Origin: Stegostoma tigrinum
Lineage: Eukaryota
Length of the DNA stretch: 64,000 bases
Assembly: GCF_030684315.1 (NCBI RefSeq)
Contig: NC_081365.1
Span: 32,143,394-32,207,393 of the forward strand
Direction of reading: 5' to 3'
Shown here: piece by piece, positions 48,681-61,547 of the stretch
Layout: each line of letters starts with the position of its first letter
Numbering within the stretch: the first letter of the stretch is position 1
Program-made: the position numbers and the translations under genes
The notes under the pieces: model-generated
Seen by the model: the letters and a program-made list of their open reading frames with translations, nothing else
The model's database searches: none
What the model was told of the DNA's origin: nothing

Positions 48681-48868
48681 ACTCAGGAATGCAAAATGAA
48701 CCACCAAGTTATCGCCAACATTTTGCAGTAATGGCCAGCTTTGCTGTGTTTATAGTCCTCCAAATAGGATTACTGTTTGGTTACAAAAAAGAAACTGAAA
48801 AGGAAGAGGAAAGACGAAGAAACCTAAATCCTATGGAAATATCTGCTGCTGCACCTGCATTGAACTGA
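48681..48868 (+). CDS. HHLA2: HHLA2/B7-H7-like coding exon 5: stalk, TM helix and short tail
   Basis: Acceptor ttcaaatttcAG, phase 1: DSGMQNEPPSYRQHFAVMASFAVFIVLQIGLLFGYKKETEKEEERRRNLNPMEISAAAPALN*. The five exons sum to 1185 nt, i.e. 394 aa plus stop. Confidence 0.8.
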
Positions 48869-48984
48869 GTGATTGCAGCTCCTTGTGCTTAAAATCATGG
48901 GCTTAACTTTGTCAGCACAATGAAGTCAGCATTTTACAAACAAAACCATAGTTTGACAGTTGCACAAATGTAAGTCATTTCTCA

Positions 48985-49275
48985 TCATAGAATCCCTACA
49001 GTTTGGAAACAGGCCCTTTGGCCCAACAAGTCTACACCGATTCTGAGAGCATCCCACCCAGAACCATCGTCTCATTAACCTACACATCCCTGAATACTAC
49101 GGGCAATTTAGCATGGCCAACCCACTGAGCCTACATATCTCTGTACTGTGGGAGGAAACCCACACAGACATAGAGAGAATGTGCAAACTCCACACAGACA
49201 GTCACCTGAGGGTGGAATTGAACTTTGGCCTGTTGTGCTTTGAGGCAGCGGTGCTAACCACTGAACCACTGTGCT
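48985..49275 (-). mobile_element. HE1-type SINE, antisense, just past the HHLA2-like stop codon
   Basis: Reverse complement of HE1 head (gcacagtggttcagtggttagcaccgctgcctca) and tail. Confidence 0.85.
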
Positions 49276-49774
49276 GTGCACCTCCCCCTACCTCGTCATG
49301 AATGGACTTGGCCTACTAAACCTACTTGTTATATATCAGAGTCACACGAAAGACTGGAGAAACATTGTCTCACACACAGTTGACTGACAGATGATCTTAA
49401 TGAGGTATACATAAAACATTATAGAAAGATAATTCTGAAAAATTATGCCAAACTGAATTGTGAGGGTAAACTTAATTGATGTAACATTTGAGTAAAAGAG
49501 TCTTTTAGGGTGAAAATCAAAATATTCTTCAAATATTGTGCAATCAATGCAAAAAATAGAAAATTGATATCGTTATCACTAATTTTAAATATTTAATTAT
49601 ATGACGGGATAAATATTACGTAATTACATAACACAATGACCTCAACACAGGTAAGATGAGTCCCTAATGGTTCTCTACAAATTGGCAGGTTGTGATTTTT
49701 AAAATGTATTACACACAACAAAGTATATCAAAGCAGAAGAAAATCGTGGCATGAAATACATAGAATTAGATGAA

Positions 49775-49780
49775 AATAAA
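49775..49780 (+). promoter_or_regulatory. Candidate poly(A) signal for the HHLA2-like gene
   Basis: AATAAA followed by T/GT-rich sequence, about 0.9 kb after the stop. Confidence 0.4.
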
Positions 49781-50009
49781 GATATTTAAATTTTTAACTT
49801 GTTGTAGATTTTAAATCATACAAAGTCTAAGATTTGCGTCATGACTTTCCTTCCCAGTTAGCATGACTGGAGAGTGCATTTTGGATACGACCATAATGAA
49901 GAAATCTATAATCAATGTATGAAGATAATGAAATGCTGGTCCCACTTGACAACAGCAATCATGCCCCCGTTCTTTCAAAGCCACAACGTTACCCCCTTCA
50001 GCCAATAGG

Positions 50010-52056
50010 TTCACACATGAGCAAGGAACAAGAGTAGGCCACTTGGCCCCTTTAGTCTGCTCCACCCTTCAATAAAATCATAGCTGATCTGATTTTAACC
50101 TCAACTCTGCATTCCTACGTACACTCCATAATCTTTCATCTCTTTGCTAATCAAGAATCTAGCTACCTCTGCCTTAAAAATATTTATAGACTTTGCATCT
50201 GCATCTTTTGAGGAAGGGACTTCTTCAGACTGAAAACCCGCAGAGTAATTTCTTTTCTTCATCTGTTTTAAATGGGAGCCCCTTAGTTTTAAACTATGAC
50301 TTTAGTTCTAGATCCTTCCGTATCCTTTCAATATCCATCTGGTCAAATCCCCTCAGAATCTTATATCAATTAGGTCACCTCTGATTCTTCTTAACTGTGA
50401 AGGATACAGGACTATCCTGTACAGCCTCTCTTCAATTTGCTGATTCCAGATTCTGGTCTAGTAAACCTTCTTTGAACTACTTCTAATACATTAACAGTGA
50501 ATATAATGTTCAGTATTCTACACGATACTCCAGATGTGGTCTCACCAATGCCCTGTATAATTGAAGCTTAACCTCATTACTCTTGCATTTAATTCTCTTT
50601 ACAATAAAACATATCAATCTATTAGTTTTCCTGATTATTTGCCATACCTGCAAACTAACTCTCCATAAATCATGAACCAGGTTGCCCAGATTTCTTTGCA
50701 TCTCAGAGATCTACATCCTCTCCCCACATTGATAGCATGCTTTTTAAAAATTCTGTTAAAATGGACATTTTCACACTTCTCTGCATTATACTCCAATTCC
50801 TAGATCTTTGCCCATTGACTTATTTCATCCATATCCCTTTGTAGACTTTAATGTCCTCTTCACAACCAATAAGTTGGTTAAACAACTTCCCTTTGATAAA
50901 ACGATGTTGACTCTGCCTGATGACTTTGAACTTATCCTAGTGCCACATTATAATATCTTTAATAATCGCTTCTATCACCTTCCCTACGTGTCTGGTTTGT
51001 TGTTTCCTGCCTTCTGCCTCCGTTTTTTGAATGAAGGAGTTAAATTAGATAGTTTCCAAACTAAACAAACTTTCCCCAAATCAGATCAATTTTGAAAACT
51101 TAAAGCCAATGAATCAACAATCTCCCTAGCTATTTCATTTCATGCCCTAGGGTGAAAGCCAACAATTTCCTCAATACTATTGGCCTAGTGATTATAATTT
51201 TAAGATTTTCCTGCCCTTTTAATTACCAATTTATAGCTATTCCTGGAATGCTCTCTATCTTCTTTAGTGAAGAACAAGGCAAAATATATGTTGAAGTCAT
51301 CATCTTTATCCTCCGTTATAAAAGGAGTCTGGGAAATTAATAGAATCATAGAGTTACACAGCGCATAAATGGTCCCTTCAGTCCAACTCATTTGCATCAA
51401 CCAAATATCCTGAATTGATCTAATCACATTTGCCAGCATTTGGCTAATATCCCTCTAAACCCTTCTTATTCATGCAACCAGTTGACTTTCAAATGTTGTA
51501 ATCCTGCCCACCTCACCTACTTCCTCTGACAACTATTCCATATATGCACCATCACCCTCCACATGAAAAAGTTCCCCATTAGATCCTTTTTAAATCTTTC
51601 CCCTCTCACCTTAAACCTATGCCGTATAGTTTTGGACTCCCCTACCCTAGGAAAATTGCCTTGGCCTTCCACCCTATCCATGCCCCTCATGATTATATAA
51701 ACGTCTATAAGGTCACACTTCAGCCTCCGATGCTCCAGCCTATTCAGACACTCCCCATAGCTCAAATCCTCTATTCTGTCAACATCCTTGTAAATCTTAT
51801 CTGAACCCTTTCAAGTTTAACATCCTTCCTACAGCAGGGAGAGTAGAATTGCATACAGTATTTCAAAAGTGGCCCAACAAATTTCCTGTACAGTTGCAAC
51901 ATGACACCCAACTCCAATACTCAATGCAATGTCCAATGAAGGCAAATGTGCCAAATGCCTTTTACACCACCTGTCTACCTGCAACTCCACTTTGAAGAAA
52001 CTATGCACCTGCACCCCTCTCTGTTCAGCAACTCCCCCCAGGGCCCTACCATTAAC
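50010..52056 (-). mobile_element. Two consecutive antisense CR1 fragments (about 50010-51335 and 51340-52056; the latter resumes at about 52870-52910)
   Basis: LQLYRALVRPHLEY (50510-50701) and SYGECLNRL..RRLKCDLIDVY (51517-51765). Confidence 0.85.
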
Positions 52057-52867
52057 TGTGAGTAAATGTGAGGTTTTGCACTTTGGAAAAAAGAATACAG
52101 GCATGGACTATTTTCTAAATGGTGAGAAAATTCGCAAAGCAGAAGTACAAAGGGATCTGGGAGTGTTGGCCCAGAATTCTCTAAAAGTTAACTTGCAGGT
52201 AGAGTCTGTAATTAAGAAAATGAATGTAATGTTGTCGTTTATCTCAAGACGGTCGGAATATAAAAGCAGCGATGTGCTTCTGTGGCTTTATAAAGCTCTA
52301 GTTAGGCCCCATTTAGAATACTGTGTCCAATTTTCGGCCCCACACCTCAGGAAGGACATACTAGCCCTGGAGTGCGTCCAGCGGAGAGTCACATGGATGA
52401 TCCCTGGAATGGTAGGTTTAATGTATGATGAACGGCTAAGGATCCTGGGATTGTACTCATTAGAGTTTAGAAGGTTGAGGGGAGATCTAATAGAAACTTA
52501 CAAGATAATGTATGGTTTAGAAGGGGTGGACGCTAGGAAGTTGTTTCCGTTAGGCAGGGAGACTAGGTGCCGTGGGCACAGCCTTAAAATTAGAGGCGGT
52601 AAATTTAAAACTGAAATGAGACGACATTTCTTCAGCCAGAGAGTGGTGGGCTTGTGGAATTCATTGCCACGGAGTGCAGTGGAGGCCGGGACGTTGGATG
52701 CCTTCAAGGCAGAGATCGACAAATTCTTGATCTCAGAAGGAATCAAGGGCTATGGGGAGAGTGCAGGGAAGTGGTGTTGAAATGCCCACCAGCCATGATT
52801 TAAATGGTGGAGTGGACTTGATGGGCCGAATGGCCTTACTTCCACTCCTATGTCTTATGGTCTTGTG
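52057..52867 (+). mobile_element. Young 5'-truncated CR1 with uninterrupted ORF2 C-terminus, nested in an antisense CR1
   Basis: Open frame SKCEVLHFG..QRDLGVL..LYKALVRPHLEYCVQF..RRLRGDLIETYK..FFSQRVVGLWNSLP to the stop at 52780; 3' tail atgtcttatggtctt. Confidence 0.92.
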
Positions 52868-53221
52868 GTATAATTCCTGCCGTGGTTTGCCTTGCCAAAA
52901 TGCAACACATGTGCAAATTCAGATGATATGAAAATTGGTGTGATGATAAATGGTCAGGACAGCCTTAGATTGTAGGACAGTATAGAAGGACTGGTCAGCT
53001 AGGCTCCCTTGTTCCCCAAAGGCCCTATTCTTTCTCTGGTCATCCACTCCCCCTTAATATACTTACAGAATATCCTGGGATTCTTCCCAATCTTACCTAC
53101 CACTTTCATTTTAAAGAATGTCCCTTTGCTCTCCAAATTGCTTTTTTATTTCCGCCCTGACTTTTGTATATTCCACTCGACCTCCACTGATTTATTCCCG
53201 TTGTTCTTTAAGCTTTTAGCA

Positions 53222-55800
53222 GGTGCAAAGAACAATATAGCACAGGAACAGGCCCTTCACCCATCCAAGCCTGTGCTGCCACATTTTGCCTTTCCACACT
53301 AAAACTGTCTTCAATTATTTCACTTCATCTATTCCCTTCCTTTTCATATATTTGTCCAGTGCTTCTTGAATGCTGCTATTATGTCTGTTTCCACCACCTC
53401 CTCTAGCAACAGGTTCCAGGCACTCACCACCCATCATGTGAAAAATATGCGTCACACATCCCTTTTAAAGTTCAACCCCCACCGTACCTTAAACCTGTGT
53501 GTCCTGGTAATTGACCCCTCTACCCTGGGAAAAAGCCTCATACTTTCCACTCTATCCCTGCCATTCACAATCTTATAACCTCCTATTAAGTCGCCCCTCA
53601 ACCTTCTACGTTCCAGTGAAAACAAACCCAGTCTAGTCAAACTTTTTTCATAGCTAAAATCCCCCATACCAGGTAACATCCTGGTAAACCTTTTCTGTAC
53701 CCTACTCCAAAGCATCCATATCCTTCTGGTGGTGTGAACGGAACTGTGCACAATATTTCAAGCGTGGCCTAACTGAAGTTCTATAAAGCTGCAGCATAAC
53801 TTGTCTATTCTTATACTCAATGCCCCTCCTGATCAAGGCAAGTATGCCATAAGCCTTTTTAACTACCTTATCTACCTGCACTGTCACCTTCGGTGATTGA
53901 TGCACCTGCATACCAAGATCCCACTGCATATCAGTGCTTTCAAGAGTTCTACCATTCACTGTATCATTTCCATTTGAACTTCCAAAATGCATTATCACAC
54001 ATTTATCTGGATTAAACTCCATTTCTCTGCCCATGCCGCCAACTAATCAATATCCTGCTATATCCTCCGACAGTCCTCCTCATTATCTGCAACTCCACCA
54101 ATCATTGTATCATTCACAAACTTACTAATTAGGCCAGTTACATTTTCCCCCAAATCATTTATGTAGATCACAGACATCAGAGGTCCCAGCACTGATTTCT
54201 CTGCCTATATTTCCAGTCCCTGATATTCCTAAACATCACTGGTTCCCTAGGCTTGTTGCTCTAACATGTCACCCTAAAAGAAACATTTTGGGGCTGTAGT
54301 CTCTCAAATTCCTTTTTGAACACCCTGATTGTTCTAAAATTTTCTCAAAAGGAACTGTTCCTAGCCTAATTTGGCTTGATTGTCTTAATTTAATAAAATC
54401 CACTACTGCTCAATCCAAACCCCCTTTTTTGCAGGCCATTCCTTTCCTTTTCCTTAACAATATTTAGATCATACTGTTTGTGGTCACTAAAATGCTCCTC
54501 CACTGCCACCTCAACCGCCCGCTGGCTTCATGCCCCAGAATTAGGTCCAGCATTGTCTGTCTCTTGTTCAACCTTCTGGATGTTGGCAGAAAATGTATCC
54601 TGAATACATTTCAAGAAATTCACCCCTTCCAACTCCTAGACTATATCAGTTAAGTATCAGGAAGTTCAATCTTCTGAATATAATTACTATTATCCTTATT
54701 ACACACCTTAGTGAATTGTCATCGTAGTTGCTCCTCTATTGCCCATTACCTGTTTGGAGGCCTATAAAACACTGCCATCAATATGACTGCACCCCTTTGT
54801 TTTCCCCATAAGCCCTACCCACATAGCTCCCCTTAAAGACCCTTCCAAGATATCATCACTCCTCGTGGCAGCAAATGACTTAATAATGCAACACCACTTC
54901 CTCTCTTATACTCTTGTCTGAGGATCCGACATTCTAGAATGTCGAATTGTCATTACTGCCCTTTTCTGAATCTCATCTCTACAATAGTAATAATATCACA
55001 ATTAACACTCATAACTCATCTTTCATACCTATAAAACTGCCAGCATTAGATTCAACCTAGCTTCGCCTTACTCTCTTGAATTGCAAGATGTCTTAATTCT
55101 CTCTGCCCTGGTTCCTGTATTATATCATGCTGTGCCTCCTCACAATGCTGAACCAGTTTAAACCTCAAACAATATTAGCAATCCTACCTGCAAGGGTATT
55201 GGTCCTATTTTGGTTCAAGTGCTGACCATCTGCTTGTATCGGTCCTACCTTCTCCATAAACAGCTGTAGTGATCCAAGACTCACAATCCCTCCCTCCTGC
55301 ACCAACTCCTGAGCCAGGAGTTCATCATCTCCATTCTCTTATTTCTGTACTCACAGGCAAATAGAATCATGGTAATCCAGAGACATCCTGCTTTTTATCT
55401 ACTGCCTAGCTTGCTAAACTCTTGATGCAAGATATCATTCCCCCATTCTATATATGTCATTAATACAAACATTTCCCATGACCACTAAATTAACACACTC
55501 CTCTTCAGGATGCCCTGCAGCCAGTTACATCCCTGACCCAGGCCTCAGGGAGGAACACACCATTTGCTGGAGGTTATGTCCATAGCTGCAAAAACACCTG
55601 TCTGCACACCTGAGTCTTTCCCTTGGACTATGGTTCCTCCTTGTGCAGCTGGGCCACCCAGCTGTGAACTTTGACTTTGCTGTGTTTCCCATTGGAATCT
55701 TCACTGTTATCATTTTCCAACATAGAAAAAAATATCATTGGGATGCCCTCTGCAGTTTTCCTGTCTGTCTGTGTCACCGCTTTCCTCTGCCTAGTGGTCA
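53222..55800 (-). mobile_element. CR1 3' fragment (about 53222-54200) and older CR1 5'/endonuclease-region remnants
   Basis: MEFNPDKCVIMHFG..WDLGMQV..LQLYRTSVRPRLKYC and RLGLFSLERRRLRGDLI. Confidence 0.75.
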
Positions 55801-56573
55801 TCTATTCACTCTCTGATATTTCAAAGAAGCTGCAGGCAATGGCCTGAGCTCTCCTGCCATATTCAGTTAAATTTAAAAAAACTTTAAGAGTACTGAGGAA
55901 TAAAAAACTCTTACTCTTTAGATCCAGTATGCAAAGAAAAACCAAAGATCATGCAACAAAGTATAAATCACAATAGATTAGAAAATAGTAAATTCAAAAT
56001 GTTAAGAAAAATACTCACGTACTATTTACCCAATGTGTCACACAGGCACATTCATCCAAAACGTGCATGGACATTTTGGATTTGATGGTGGTACTATCCA
56101 GGAAAGGCATATCATCTAAATGGCCTATATCAACTTTTGGTCCTGCTCAAGGTCATCCACTCCATTCATTGTGTATTTGTGGTGAGAATTAGAAATTTGT
56201 CAGTGCATCACATTTTTTTCTGTTGCCGCCCTCAACAGTATTCTTTTATAATTTTCTGTGAAGTGTAGCCACCTTGTCTAACTGAGCACAACTTGAAACG
56301 GCTGCACCTTCTCACACAAACCACCCAATGGTATCTGTGCCATCACCATCTTCATAAAAACAAAGAAATTAGCAGAAGTGGCCACTTGGCTCCTGGAGTC
56401 CGCTTTACCATTCAAATCATGGCTATTCCTATTATTCCACATTCCATCTATCCTGCATATCTCTTCACCCAATTGACTATCAACAGTCTACTGACCTTTG
56501 CTTTTAAAAAATAGTCAAAGGCTCTACTCCCACTGGCGTTTAAGGAAGACAGTGCCAGAGACCCTCCCACTCA

Positions 56574-57735
56574 CGTAGGATCAAGCAAAAATCCCCAATA
56601 TTTCAAATACAGGACAAAACCCTGGACTTTTCAAAACTTTTAGAAGGGACAGCTGGACCTAGTTCTGTGGGAAATACATTAACACAACCTACCTCATGGA
56701 GATTGCTGTCTGAAACTATTGTTCAGCCTGGAATTCCAATTTACACCTCCACTCTAAAAAGGACAATGAACCGAAAACAACAGACTCCAGCCCAAGACAG
56801 CTTTTATACCTCAGGCCTGCAGAGATACCAGACATGCAACCTCAATCAAAATCACTTCACACATACTCTAACCAACAGCCAAATAACTTCAGAAGGAAAT
56901 ACCACAGTACAATGAAAATCACAGATTTGGTGCAGAGATAAGGGGCCCACAATCGGTATAACTGCCAGCCCCGATCTCATCTGCAACAACTCCCAACGAG
57001 ACCTACCAGGCCTGGCCTGTTCTGAACCAAGAAAACTGACAGCAAGAACAGAAACCGACCACGTCCAGCAGAATTAAAGTGCAACAACTCTGAGAAACAA
57101 CTGACTCAACCAACACTGCAAGTCCTCAGACACAACCTGAGGTGAAAACCAGCCCCGCAAAGCCAGCAGAAAATAATGAAAACCAGGTACTTACTCGAAA
57201 GATTCAATATGCACCCTAAGAGGTCAGTAGACTCAACACAAACTGAAAAACCTACATAGTCTAAAGTTTTCATTCAGGTTCTGGATATGGCAAGCTGGAA
57301 CATCCAGGCACGCTTCAAAACCATGTTTGAGTGGTGGAGACCTCAAAGTTTCAACTTAGCCTGCAAGGAGGGGAAGGCAGGTGATGACAATGCATTGGGA
57401 CTTAAAGCATAGGAAGTCTGATTAAATAGTCTGAACTTAAACACTGTTGTTTTGTCTGTTTGTCAGTAGGATAGTACTCTAACAACGTTAATCTAGTTGA
57501 TAGTGTATTCAAAAGTACTACTGCTATCTTGTATAATTAATTATTTTATTCCATCACCTATTCTCTTGCACTATATATATTTCCTTCAGATTCATTTGGT
57601 CTGAAACATCCGTCTGCTGCCACGTCTCTATTTCGCATTCCCTAAGTAAAAGTCAAGTCCAGTACTAAGGGTCTGGGAGCAATTTAAACTGCTTAAAGAT
57701 CAGAAAGTAACTGATTGTAAAACCAGAACTCTACA
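56574..57735 (+). mobile_element. Probable solo LTR, about 1.16 kb, inserted in a CR1 3' fragment
   Basis: Termini cGTAG..CTACA (degenerate TGTAG..CTACA), 4-bp flanks CTCA/CTCT, and CR1-like sequence on both sides. Confidence 0.45.
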
Positions 57736-58849
57736 CTCTCCAAAAATAAGATTATGCCTTGAATCAGTGAATATTTTAAAAGTAAAAAAATTTGAAACAA
57801 TGCCTCACGTTCTAGATTTTCCCACAAGAAATTATTTCCATATCCATCTTGTCAAAACCCCTCAGGATTCTGATATTTAACAACTTCAGATGTATTATGA
57901 AACATCTCTGAAGCAGAAGGAATTTGAACATGGGCGTTTTACCCCAGTAGGCACATTACCACTGCGCCAGAAGAGTCCTGAACCATCACATTTCAATTAA
58001 ATAAACTCACTTGTGAAGTGCCATTCACCACTCGAAAACCCAAGTGTACATACTGATATCAAAGTATCTGGTCTGATCGTATGATGAGTTTTGTGACAAT
58101 ACGCCATTTAAAGAGTAGGGTATTGTGGTCCAGTAGCATCCCTACTTCTGGGCCAGAGGCCTATGGATCATAACATGCCAGAATGTTGATTTTAAAAAAA
58201 ATCTACACCCTTGAAAAAAGGCATTTAGATTAAATTGAGGAAAAAACCTCTAGGGACTGTCAAAACAAAATCATGCTGCTGCCTGAAGTCTTTATGGGAT
58301 ATAAAAGGGATGAGTATTGGAAAGAGAAGTTATCCATAAAAAAAATCTTGCCTTTGAAATGAACATGACCAAGTGTCATATGAAATATGGCTGGTTTTAT
58401 ACTTAATTGTCACTAGGTAGCTGGGAATTCTTTACCTTCCTAACTCCAATGGTCACGTAGTCGAAACTATCAAACTCCAATGTCTTCTCTCTTCTGTAGT
58501 TCTAAGGTGTTAAATAACCTAAAAGCCACGGCTGGTTCTTTTCCCACAATGAGAAAAGATCACATCTGAACAACTACAATGGCATGCATTCAACCATGGA
58601 ATGATGCTTTAGGGAATGATGTGAAATTGCATAGGATTGAAAGTGGAAGTAATGGATGAACAGCTTGGGATTTCAGGAAATGCAGTCAATAAATAAATTA
58701 ATTAATTGTATGACAATGCATCAGAATACAGTGCAGCTTTTCCCTGGTAAGGAAAAATTTTAAAGTTTAAACACCAATCTTCTAAAAAAACAAAATTCAA
58801 GCATTTAAGTATGGTATGAATGATAGTTTGCATTTAATTTCAAGTACAT

Positions 58850-58855
58850 TTTATT
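58850..58855 (-). promoter_or_regulatory. Candidate CIP2A poly(A) signal
   Basis: TTTATT on + (AATAAA on -) about 1 kb past the stop, at the end of repeat-free AT-rich UTR-like sequence, with a TGTA element upstream in transcript sense. Confidence 0.5.
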
Positions 58856-59834
58856 TTTTTAAAATGTTATTTTCTCTATGGGTAGAAGGAAGAAAAATAA
58901 AGATATAACAATTTATGGCTGTACATAACCAATTGAAAATGAAACAGTACGTCTAAAAATGACAGGCTCATGACAGTAGCAAAATTCATTACAAAGGTGA
59001 ACAGGAATTAAACAAATGATAGGAATGTTCAACTCCAACTGTTTCTTTGTATTTTCAGTAGAATAATGTTGGTTATTTTAAATACAAATTCAGCACATTG
59101 ATTTTTCTTACATTCAAAGCAGTGCTTTCCCAATTTGATCAGGGACATTTCTAAAAACATTGAAATGCATATAAAATCTCCATTCATTTTCATCTTGCTT
59201 AAACTGCTAAATAGCACGATTAAGATATTTTTAACAATTAAGATAAAATGGATTCCTTCTGGAATGACATAGCAATGATGCATTTGGCATCAGAATCTAG
59301 GACAGTACACTGAAAACAAAATCAAGTCTGATTCTAATATAGCTGAAGAATTCTTGTACTGCATTTCAGCGGGGCACAAAATTGCTCAAATATGAAACAG
59401 CTAATTTCCAACTCTGAAGTCATATCTACTCAAAAGAAACAGTACTGGCCAAATAACACATGTTTTGGCCCAAACCACCTACACAAGTTAGTCAGATTAT
59501 GGCCAGAGGATGTAATATGTTGAGACTGACAATGCAATCAACCAAAAATATAGCTTGGAATCATCACATCACATTTAAAGATTAGAATTTCCTAGTTTGC
59601 TAAGTCCTTGTTAGCAATTGTGCTTAAAACAGTACAATTCAAAAAAATAGCATCTTCAAACATTCAAATCTGAAACAAACCCTTCTTAAATACTAATGGT
59701 TACAAATTCTTTCTTACAAGTAATTTACAGTTTTAATCCCTTAGGGTGAATATTTAATGCATCAGATACAAAGACTACAAGCAAACATTGGTATCATTAC
59801 CCATTTCTCTAAAAATTAAAAATCACAAACGTGG

Positions 59835-60005
59835 TTACAGACTGAGATTTACTGTATTTGATTGTAGTTTGCTACTACTCAGACTGTGAATCATTGCTAT
59901 CATTTGAGAGTGCTTGTTGAGTTCATCCTGTTGGGCTTGGACAAGGGCTTCTTTTTGCTGCAATTGTGCTTCTACTTGGGATTTCTGCACTTCTAAGGAT
60001 GACAA
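59835..60005 (-). CDS. CIP2A: CIP2A (cancerous inhibitor of PP2A, KIAA1524) last coding exon
   Basis: Minus-strand acceptor tgtcttgccctgcAG, phase 0. [56 protein letters not shown] matches the CIP2A C-terminus as I recall it (..[29 protein letters not shown]). Synteny with HHLA2 agrees. Confidence 0.92.
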   Translation of the reverse strand: MSSLEVQKSQVEAQLQQKEALVQAQQDELNKHSQMIAMIHSLSSSKLQSNTVNLSL

Positions 60006-60809
60006 CTGCAGGGCAAGACACAAAGTTAACATTAATTGTAATAGACAGCTCTGTAGAACACAGATTAATAATGTAAAACAAAACTAACATGCAAATTTCT
60101 GCTCCAAAACAAAATGATTGCCTCACACAGGGGGCTGGAGAGAAAAATGGCACATGATAACAGAAATTAGTTTCAAATAAATAGAAATGATGAAATTCAA
60201 AGGTGCTCTTAGATAAAACTATTGCATTCAATTCCATGTAACTGAACAATTTTAATACTTTCACCAAAAGCCTGGTTTAGATTTTGGGTTTTGGGCACAT
60301 CAGCATCCCAAGTGCAAACTGAATTCAAAATTACACTAGCTTTTTGTTTACTTAAGTTTCCATTCACGTTCATTTACATGTCACCAAATGCAAAATCTGC
60401 TATGAACCATCACTACCAGACAATGCTTTGGAAATTTTTTTGTAAGAAATAGGTCAAAGAATTTTTTTTTAAGCAGTAACCTGTCGTAGTTTTATTATTG
60501 CAGCTGAAAATGGGTTTATCACTGAAATATCTTTACACAGAATCTGGTTCAACAGTTATGACTACAAGTAAAATAAATAAAAGATTATTCACTAGTTTTA
60601 CTGGCATACATTAGTCTGTTTCTTAGTTATTTTTCAAGCTATGGCCAGCCTTGTAAACAAAAGTAGAAATAAAAAATTAATTTTAAGAGTCTGCCCTAAG
60701 GCCCACTAGAGGAGAAATGGTCAGAAAGCATCAATAATGATTAGTTTCATCTGTACACAGACAGTTTTGTGAACAAAACACTGTGGAAACTAGACATGCA
60801 TTTGAATTC

Positions 60810-61425
60810 AAGTCATTGTCGTAAAGCTCTACAGCATGGAACAATGCTCTTCAGCTCATTCGTCTGCATCAATCAAAAACAAGCACCCGATTATACTAAT
60901 ATCATTTTTGAACACTTGGCCACTTTTGAGCACTTGTATGCCTTGTCACTGCAAGTAAAATATTTCTCAAACGTTATGAGAGTCACTACTTCTACCACTC
61001 TTACAGACAGTGAGTTCCAGATTCCCAACACCTTTTCTGTGGAAAAAAAAGACATTTTCCTACATCTCTTCTAAACCTCCTGCCCTTTACCTTAAATATA
61101 TTCCCTCATTCATTGATTCCTCCACCAAGATGAAATGTTTCCTCCTGTTCACGCTGTCCATGCCTCCAATCTTATATATCTCAATCATGTCACCCACAGT
61201 CCCCTCCACTCCAAGGAAAACAAGCCCAATCTGTCCAATTACTTTTCACAGCAAAAACTCTCCAACGCAGGCAACATCCTGGTAAATCTTCTCTTCACCC
61301 TCTCCAGTGCAATCACATCCCTCCAATAATACAGATCCCAGAACTACACACAATATTCTAGCTGTGGCCGAACCAACATTTTATATAGTTCCCACATCAC
61401 TTTCCTGCTCTTAAAATCTCTGCCT
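60810..61425 (-). mobile_element. CR1 3' fragment in CIP2A last intron
   Basis: VMWELYKMLVRPQLEYCV and downstream ORF2/3'UTR similarity. Confidence 0.8.
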
Positions 61426-61547
61426 TGGCAAAGGCATTTGAAACTCCTTGGTCTTGTGCATTGTTTGATCAATTGCACTGGCAAAAAGAAAACGATGTAA
61501 CCCAGAAATCCCAAACCAATAAATGTAATCAAATCATCCATGAGCTT

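Noticed and set aside
51929-52056. Cys-rich N-terminus of the 283-aa ORF as a zinc finger
   Set aside because: It is the antisense reading of the host CR1, fused by chance to the nested element.
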